This document shows positions 1 through 8,000 of a stretch of DNA of 45,886 nucleotides, in pieces; position 1 is the first letter of the stretch, and every line of letters begins with the position of its first letter. This DNA comes from an uncultured Candidatus Saccharibacteria bacterium (GTDB lineage Bacteria > Patescibacteriota > Minisyncoccia > Phycocordibacterales > UBA918): positions 1 through 45,886 of the forward strand of contig CAZFBT010000002.1 of NCBI GenBank assembly GCA_964517185.1, in the 5' to 3' direction. The notes beneath the pieces were generated by a model. That model was not told the DNA's origin. It ran no database searches and saw nothing but the letters and a program-made list of their open reading frames with translations. A program made the translations under genes and the position numbers.

Positions 1-1427
1 GTTGCGGTGAAAATAGTCGTATACGTGTAAGGTACAAATGAAGCAGTTGATGATGCTATAAGACTCCCCGCGAGGGTGAGGGTGCCACCAGACCTGAAGG
101 TGGCATTTGCAGGAAGGTGGAGTGTGCCATCAGTCCCAGAACCAGCATTGCCATGTATGGTTACCGTACCGCCTGGGTCAAAAATCTTCTCTGCCCAAAC
201 ATAGAGCTCATTTCCTGCGCGAACAGAGAGCGCACCAGAGTTTGCGGTGTACTGAATATACGAATTATCATCGCCATCATAGAACGCCATGTTCGCATTC
301 GTAGTCGTAGTGCCAGTCGTTCCTTCGTGACGCACAATGACACGGTTTTGGTAGAGGTGGAGGCCCGAAATGACAGTGTTTGTGGAAGATGCCTTCGTGA
401 AGGTTGTTGCGAGAGTCGATGGGTCGCCGTCAACCCAGATGACAATGGGGGTTGAGGTTGCAATACCATCAGTTCCTATGTTTGTTATAGTGAAGGAAAA
501 TGTGCCATTCGCGGAAACGGTTGTCGTCGAGTGGACAGAGACCGTCGAGGTGCCGATGGCCATCTTTATCGTCTTCGAGGAGCCGGTGAGCGGGGTCAGC
601 CCTTCGTCTGAGTAGAGGACGCCGGAGATGGTGATGGGTGGAAGGGTATAGGTAATACGCACTTCGCCTCGCGCACCAGCACAACCAGCTTGGTTTCCAC
701 CAGAAGCTCGCCTGCCTCCCGAACCGCCGCCGCCGATCGTGCTTCCGGCATTGCAACCACTCGAGCCCGTGAGACCGGCACCTCCGTTACCCCCGCCTAC
801 AGTACCTCCGGTGCCCTGTGTCTCGCCATTGGCCTTTGTACCATTTTGAGCATTTCCCGCAGCACCACCGCCGCCGCCCGATGCGCTCGAGACAACGCCT
901 GCCGCTCCGTTGCCACCGAAGTAGCTCGTGTCCGCAACGTTGCCAGTCGTGGTTGCACCTGCCGTACCGCTCGTGCCTGCGCCTCCAGCGCCGCCACCTT
1001 TCACCAGGAAGGTTGAGCTCGCCGAGAACATCGAATCACCTCCGTTTCCGCCGCCGCCCGTACCCGTACCAGCCAGTCCAGGGCTTCCGACAACGACCGT
1101 ATACGAGTTCCCTGGAGTTACTGAAATCACCTTGAGACCATAGTTGCCGCCTGCTCCACCGCCACCCGAGCCGTTGGCGCCATTTGAACCACCGCCACCG
1201 CCACCGGCACCCCACGCTTCAACCGTCACCGAGGTGACCCCTGCAGGTGCGACCCAGGTGGTCGCACCTGGGGTCGTGTATGTATCTGTGGCTGCATGTG
1301 CAATATGTACCATACTCAAAAACACGGGAAGGAGAACTGCCACAATCATCCAACTGTGCGCAAGGGATACGAAACGGGAGCTTCGTGGTTGGGGCGAGTG
1401 TTCAGTTGTGCAGTGTGTTCCCTGCAT
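1..1427 (-). CDS. Secreted glycine-rich-domain surface protein, N-terminal ~475 codons (ORF runs past the window start)
   Basis: Missing from the ORF track because it has no stop inside the window. Hand translation of the minus strand from ATG 1427 (alternative ATG 1349, directly before the hydrophobic segment) gives ...SLAHSW-MIVAVLLPVFLSMVHIAHA-ATDTYTTPGATTWVAPAGVTSVTVEAWGAGGGGGGSNGANGSGGGGAGGNYGLKVISVTPGNSYTVVVGSPGLAGTGTGGGGNGG... The frame was spot-checked as open at 1021-1427, 601-660, 301-360 and 1-60. The pattern TW.AP.GVTSV.VE.WG.GGGGG...Y.V.VG is the glycine-rich domain of viral or phage-fibre-like proteins (recognised by eye). The Pro-rich + strand ORFs 928..1143 and 1144..1464 are its mirror image. 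Confidence 0.75.
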   Translation of the reverse strand, partial: MQGTHCTTEHSPQPRSSRFVSLAHSWMIVAVLLPVFLSMVHIAHAATDTYTTPGATTWVAPAGVTSVTVEAWGAGGGGGGSNGANGSGGGGAGGNYGLKVISVTPGNSYTVVVGSPGLAGTGTGGGGNGGDSMFSASSTFLVKGGGAGGAGTSGTAGATTTGNVADTSYFGGNGAAGVVSSASGGGGGAAGNAQNGTKANGETQGTGGTVGGGNGGAGLTGSSGCNAGSTIGGGGSGGRRASGGNQAGCAGARGEVRITYTLPPITISGVLYSDEGLTPLTGSSKTIKMAIGTSTVSVHSTTTVSANGTFSFTITNIGTDGIATSTPIVIWVDGDPSTLATTFTKASSTNTVISGLHLYQNRVIVRHEGTTGTTTTNANMAFYDGDDNSYIQYTANSGALSVRAGNELYVWAEKIFDPGGTVTIHGNAGSGTDGTLHLPANATFRSGGTLTLAGSLIASSTASFVPYTYTTIFTA

Positions 1428-1624
1428 GATGACTATTCGGTTAAAGCGCCCCACCCCTGTATGAGCGACGCGAGTCCGGAGAGGGTAACGCGGAGTGTTG
1501 TGAGGGTTGTGTGTGTTTGTTTTCATCTTTTTATGCTCTTTGCGTTTTCCGGTGGTTTTGGTACAATACTTAGACAAGTGCCTTCGGGCTCGCTCCCTTC
1601 GGGGAGCAAAAATTCCGAAAGTCG

Positions 1625-2011
1625 TCAGAGCATATCTCTGGCGGCTTTTCTTAATATCTCAAACGTACCTTTGTTGAGGTAGCCGACCTTTTTGACTAAT
1701 CGCTTTGTATCGATAACTCGCAACTGTGACATAAGCGCAACCGCTTCTTTCCCCTGTACTTCTCCGATTGGTATACGGAGTCGGTGCGAACGTGTCGAGG
1801 TCGTGAGCGGGATAATGAGGCACGTTTCCTGTCCGAGACTCTTGAGGATAACGACTGGCCTTCTATAGTCCTCAGGTGAACCATCCTGCTCAGAACCAAT
1901 GTTTACTCCAAGTGAACACCACCAAATCTCTCGAGTATGAGCAAATAAGACACGGTCGCTGTTGTGTATTATTTTCTTTTTTGTATTCCAGATGTCGAAA
2001 TCTTTTTGCAT
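1625..2011 (-). CDS. PemK/MazF-family endoribonuclease toxin (128 aa), no adjacent antitoxin
   Basis: ORF 1625..2149, trimmed to internal ATG 2011 because the upstream part overlaps the giant gene. The product aligns by eye with E. coli MazF. REIWWCSLGVNIGSEQDG..RRPVVILK matches GDLIWVDFDPTKGSEQAGHRPAVVLS. CLIIPLTTSTRSH matches CLCVPCTTQSKGY. AVALMSQLRVIDTKRLVKKVGYL matches GVALADQVKSIAWRARGATKKGTV. Confidence 0.85.
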   Translation of the reverse strand: MQKDFDIWNTKKKIIHNSDRVLFAHTREIWWCSLGVNIGSEQDGSPEDYRRPVVILKSLGQETCLIIPLTTSTRSHRLRIPIGEVQGKEAVALMSQLRVIDTKRLVKKVGYLNKGTFEILRKAARDML

Positions 2012-2015
2012 ACTT

Positions 2016-5000
2016 TTATGAGGTATTGCTGAGATTGTTAGAATTTTCAGCGGCATCTGCGGTTGTTGTTTCTGGTTCGGGTGTTGGTTCTTCGATGGTC
2101 GGTGTCGGCTCTGGGCTCGCTTCGTTAGAGGCAGGTTCCTCGATCTCATCCGCCGGAGGAACCGTCACCTCTAACGGGGTGTCTCCCATACTTCCCCCAC
2201 CATTCTCTTCCGGCGTAGGGCTCGCCCCGTTAGACGTAGACTCCTCGTCCGAAGTGGGGGAAGTCGTAACGTCTAACGGGGACTGCCTCTGTGCCTGAAG
2301 GAGTGCCTTCAAGGTCGCCTCGTCGACGCACGTATTGCCGACACAGAGCACATCGGTCTTGACCTCCTTTGCTGTAAAACGGTCGGCGACGACCTCGACC
2401 ATCGTGAGAACGCCATCGACGAATCTATTCGCGAGCGCGACAAGGCGGTCGAAGAGAGTCTCATCCTCTTCGCCATTCTCCAGCGTCGAGGTCGCGTTGA
2501 GCACCGCGAGTATGTCTTGCTCTGTGGGGATGATGTAGTCACCGAGCTGCACGAACATGAGTGCTTGGCCGATGTGTACCTCCGTGCCGTCGAGCATCAA
2601 CATCTCAGCTTCCTCGTCGCGGAGCTCGTTGAGCGCTGCAGTGCGCTCGTCTATCGAAATGGTCCTTGGCTTAATGGGGTCGACATCATTTTTCTCGCAC
2701 GGTGCTTCACCCTCCTCATTCCCCGCTCCATATGAGCAACCGTCCTGCGTGCGCGGATCGACGTTCTTGTTCGTTTCGAGTTTCACTTTTACCATGTCGT
2801 CACCGAACTGGTTGAGGTACCCCGCCGAGTATGCTTTCTCACCGTCAAAATCTTCAAGTGCAATACCGACGATGGTTGCGCTCTCCGTGGCCTTCATACC
2901 AATGCCCGGAATGGACGAAAGCGCTATGCGGTCTCCCTTCATGATGGGGCCATTCTCGGTCGAAAGACGAATGGGGACGCGTCCCTTCAGCGCGATGGGG
3001 TATGCGCTCTCGCCCGCTTTGAGAGAGGTGTCGTCATAGCCAAGCGTCATACCCGGCTTCGTCGAGACAACGCCAATGATGTCGTGCGCGCTCGCTTCGC
3101 TCGCGCGCCCAATCGATAACCCGCCCGCAAGCGACACTATTTCCCCCGTTTCAAGTGGCTCGGACGAGAAGTACATTTCCGCGAGGTCGGAGTTGCCGAG
3201 CGCGGAGGTCACTGAACGTATCTGGCCAGTCGTTGTCGAAATACATGAGCCGTCGTTATCGACGCAGATGCCACCGCGCGGAATGATGAGACCGGCATTG
3301 ACCGTGCCGTCGCCTATCGTGGTCGAACCATTCGCCGCAATGATGAATTTCGAGGTACCGGCCACCTGGAGGTCAAAGAACTTTGCTGTTGAGGAGGTGG
3401 CTGCAAATGAACCATTACCATTCCCGAAGTTCATCTGGAGGCCAGTGCCCGTGAAAGCCGAAGTGTCCTGGAAGAGTGAGACGAGTGCAGCAGTCGTGAT
3501 GGAACCAGAGTATGCGCGGAGCGCTTGACCCTGCGTAGTGCCGCGTGTTTCTGCGAAGACACCTGCTGGCACGTATGTGTCGCCCGCGTCGCCCTCCGTC
3601 GTGCCGCGGATGCCGAAGGTGCGCCCGAATGCGTTCACGCCCGTGTTCTCGCCCTTCGTCGTCGTGCCGCGGTGCGCCTGCACTTCAAGTCCGCGGACAA
3701 CGTTGCCGAGCTGACTACTGTCCTGCACGCGAATGATGGAGCCGATGAGCGTCGATGTTGCAGTCGGTGTGTTCACGATGTATGTGTTGTCGCCGTAGTA
3801 GAGCGCGTTCTCGACTGAGTTGTTGAACTGGAAGTATTCCTTCAGACCTGCGGTGAGCGCACCTGAGAGATTGGTCCGATTAATGGTGAGGCCGATTCCC
3901 TCGGGGGTCGTAGAACCTATGGAGACTCGTCCGTCATAGCCGACCCGGAAGAGCGAGCTCGTTGCGAAGGATGCGGACGTCGTCGTCGCGATGTCGAAGA
4001 GCGCCGTCGTCGAGCCGTAGTTGTTCATGATGGAGAACTTTGCCCAGGGGGTCGTTGAGCCGGTCACGACATCGACGTTATATGTTCCCGTACCACCGAG
4101 AACGAGTGTGTTGGAGCGCCCGATTTTTGCTTTTGCGCCGATTACAATGGCGTTCGTAAGGTCACCGGCGAGAACATCACTGTTATCACCGAGTGCAACG
4201 TTATTGGTACCTGTCGTATTGTTTTGGAGTGCGTATAATCCGAGTGCACTGTTGTACGAACCGGTTGTGTTCTGGTAGAGCGCATAGGGACCGAATGCAA
4301 CGTTCTGCTGTCCGCTGACACTGTTTCTCATTGCGTTTTCTCCAAGTGCGATGTTGTACCCCCCATCAAGGTTGCTCAATAATGCTCGTTTCCCCAGTCC
4401 GACGTTCGCATATCCTGTCGTGTTGTTCGCGAGTGAATCAAACCCAACAGCTATGTTTTCATACCCCTCCGTGTTGTCCAAGAGAGCGTTCTTGCCAATA
4501 GCTATGTTGTACGTTCCCGTCATCGGCACCGACGATGACCCGTAGAGGGCCTGGTAGCCAAGGGCGATATTGTCGGTCGCACCCGTTCCGACGAACGAGA
4601 ACGCCTCATTGCCGAGAGCGATGTTGTTCGTGTTCGAGGAGTCGAGTGGGTTCGTCGACGTTGGTCCGCCATTGAGGAAGATGTTCGCACTCGTCGTCGT
4701 GCCGAACATGAGGCGACCATCGCCCCGGAGGGTGAGGAGCGACGAGCCCGAAGACGATGCGAAGCGGAAGAGGTCCTGTGAGCCGGCGGTACCTGTCACT
4801 GCAAGTTTTGCTGATGGTGATGTCGTACCAAGGCCCAGCGTTCCCGCAATATACGCATTGAGGGTCGTCGTCGCGCCGCCGGTGATGGTGAGTCCACCCG
4901 CACCAGTCCCGTCACCGATGGTGGAGCTGGCATTGATGACGATGCCGAGGGTGGTGGTCGTAGGAGTGATTGCGGTGAGTGAGGCATTCCGTATCCAGTC

Positions 5001-8000
5001 CTGTGTCCCCCCTGCACCGGACGCATCACTGCCATCGCAGAGGTCTGCCGAGCCGGTGAGTTGGATACAGAGAGCGTTCGCGGTCGTCTTCGCTCCCCCG
5101 CCGAAGAGATCGATGGAGTTCGAGACCACGAGCGCGGAGGTGGAGGCGGTGCCGACTACAGTGAGGTCGCTGCCGAAGTAGCCGGTGCCAGCGACTGTGA
5201 GGAGACGTGACGGGGTTGAAGAACCGATGCCCACCTTGCCGTCATGCCCAACCCGGAAGAGCGAGCTCGTTGCGTATGATGCCGAAGTGGTCGTCGCGAT
5301 GTCGAAGAGGGCGGTCGTCGAGCCGTAGTTGTTCTGTATCGAGAATTTCGCCCAGGGGGTTGCTGTTCCTATGCTTACGTTTCCAGCAGAAACAGCTCCA
5401 CCATTTCCAAGCTCATTCGCATAGATTATGTTACCGATGGAAAGCTGATTGTTACCAGTGGTTGAAGCTACATTCGCTCGATATCCAAGGATAATATTGT
5501 TATCACCTTGTGTTTGAAGATTCCCTGCAAAATACCCAATACCGATGGTCCCGGTCCCGACATATCCTGAGAGCGCCCAATACCCAAGGACATTATTAAA
5601 TTTACCTGTAGTGTTACTGTATAATGCACCGTCACCAAAGGCGTTGTTTCCTGACCCTGTGGTATTTTCCCACATTGTAGTGTATCCAAATGCATTGTTA
5701 TTGCTTCCAGATACATTCTTTCTCAGCGCACTGTTGCCGATAGCATTATTATAGCTCCCAGTCGTATTGTAATATAAAGGCCCAAGTCCAATCCCAACGT
5801 TATAACCTCCTGAGGTATTAGTGAAGAGGGCCTCATTACCAAGAGCAATGTTTTCATAAGCACTCGTACTGTTGAATAGGGCAGTCTTTCCTATGGCGAT
5901 ATTATTGTCGGCTGTCATCGGCACACTCGACGACCCGTAGAGTGCCTGGTAGCCGAGTGCGATGTTGTTTTGATTGAGTGAGGTCGTCGACGCATACGAG
6001 TACGCTTGGTTTCCAATGGCGATGTTGTTTGAAATGAGTGAGGTGATGGGGGTCGACGTGGGTCCGCCGTTTATGAAGATATTGTCTGCAGTCGTGGAGC
6101 CAAAGGTGAGGACGCCCTTGGTATTTAAGGTGAGAAAGGTGGAGCCTGTGGATGATGCGAATGAGAAGAGTGATGAATTGCCTGAACCGAGGACTCCGAG
6201 TGTCGCGATGGGCGAGGTGGAGCCAATGCCGACGCGGAGATTTTGCACGCCTCCCGAGCCATTCGATTCGCCGTAGACAGTGAGGACTGGGTTCTCGTCG
6301 AGCTGTGCCGAGTAACTCATGATGGTGTTTGCTGGAGCACTCACGACCGGCATGTCGACCCATGAGACGACACCGGCATCGGTGCCGAAGTTCATCGAAC
6401 CAAGATTGAGTTGCGCAATGCTCGTCTCATTTGTCGATGCGTCGTAGTAGAAACCGCCACGACCGATGTCGACCGAGCCATCAGCGAGTATCTCGAAGAG
6501 GATTGCTTCCGTTGAGGACGAGATACGGAAGAGAGAGGCCGTCTGGCCGGCCGTGCCCGTGATTGCAAGGTTCGCGGTCGGCGTCGTCGTACCGAGGCCG
6601 AGGCGACCGCTTGCCGTGAACGTCATGACTTCCGTTCCAGCAGAGAGAAGGTTGAGGATGTCCCCTGCTCCATACTGGGCGAAGGTTGCGGTCGTCGTCG
6701 CGGATGAGGTAGATACGGTGAACAGTGCGCGAGCAGAAGTAGTACCCAGAGATAGGTGCTCGGTCGTGTCGGTGAGGTATGTAATGTTGCCCCCATCGGT
6801 AAAGAGAGAGGTGCCAGACGTTATGCCTAGAGACGAAGTTGCCCGCGTTTCCCACTTCGCGGTGCCTACGTCGTACACGAGCACCGTGCCTGATGCGACA
6901 CCCGAGGTATTGACGTCGGTGAGCGAGGCCAGGGTCGATGCGCCACTGATGCCAAGTGATGACGTGGATACCCACTGCACTCCCGAACCTGTCGTCTGGA
7001 GGACCATGCCGGGGTTCCCTGACGTTGCGGTACGGTCGTAGAGACCTCCCGTGAGGTGCATACCGCCCGCGACCGAGAGGAGCTGGGATGGGGTGGTCGT
7101 ACCGATGCCAACGTTACCACCTGAGAGCACCCTAAGGAGCGTCGCTCCTGAAGATGATGCGACATTGAATACATCTCGAGTCGTCGTACCTACAATCGAA
7201 AGGCTTGCGACTGGTGTGGTGGTACCGACACCAACCGTACTTGATGCACTATCTACATTGAAGAGATTGCCGAAGGTCGCGAAGTTGCTCCGGACCGTGC
7301 TGAGGGAATTGCCAAACGCGAAGAGATTCGAAACGTTATCGAGTGTGTTGCCCGAGCCGAAGAGGAGGGCGTTCGTGATGGTGCCAGTCGCCGTGTTGTT
7401 GTCGCCATAGATGAAGAGTCCGGTCTTATCGCCGCTCCCGAGCATGTTGGTGGAGCCGATGACGCTACCAGTGGTGAGATTGCCGAGGAGTGTGTTGTAT
7501 GAGCCGAAGAGAGCAGAGTCGGTGAGCGTTGCGGTCGAGGAGGCGCTGTTGTACTGGCCGTAGAGGGCGGACCTCAAGATACTTGCCGAGGAAGTGGCAA
7601 GGTTATTATCTCCAAAGAGAGAGGAGAATGCTAAGGTTGAGTCTCCACTAAAAGTATTGGCGGAGCCGTAGAGGGATGTTTGATCAAAATATACGTTTTC
7701 GGAGAAGGTGTTGTTATAACCGTAGAGGGAAGAGTAGGAGAGGCTTGAGTTATTAGGGAAGGTGTTGTTGTTACCATAGAGGGAGGACATGGTGAGGTTC
7801 CCATCGTTTGAAAAGATGTTGGTACTGCCGTAGAGGGAGGAGCCATCTAAGTATGCGCCATCGGAGAAGCTGTTACTGTTACCATAGAGGGAAGATGTGT
7901 AAAAGTAAGAAATGCTCGCCACAGAGTTGTTCATACCGAAGATCATGCTGTGCTCCAATGTGTTCGTCGACGTAAGCGTGTTCTGGCCAGAGATGATGGT

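Noticed and set aside
928-1464. Proline-rich plus-strand ORFs (PAPPPPEPLAPFEPPPPPP)
   Set aside because: They are the reverse-complement image of the Gly-rich (GGN codons) minus-strand gene, which has a signal peptide and a recognisable domain.
2012-2149. The N-terminal extension of the MazF-like ORF, and similarly 18088..18180 for secA, 10044..10112, 23721..23774 and 41511..41582
   Set aside because: The extensions overlap the upstream gene or a terminator and add non-homologous residues. Internal ATGs give canonical N-termini and fit the promoter hexamers.
3931-5360. A diversity-generating retroelement (template/variable repeat pair) in the giant gene
   Set aside because: The 16 mismatches between the two 122-nt copies are of mixed types (g/a, c/g, t/a, g/c and others) and are not confined to adenine positions of one copy. 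Both copies lie in-frame inside the same ORF. No reverse transcriptase gene is in the window.
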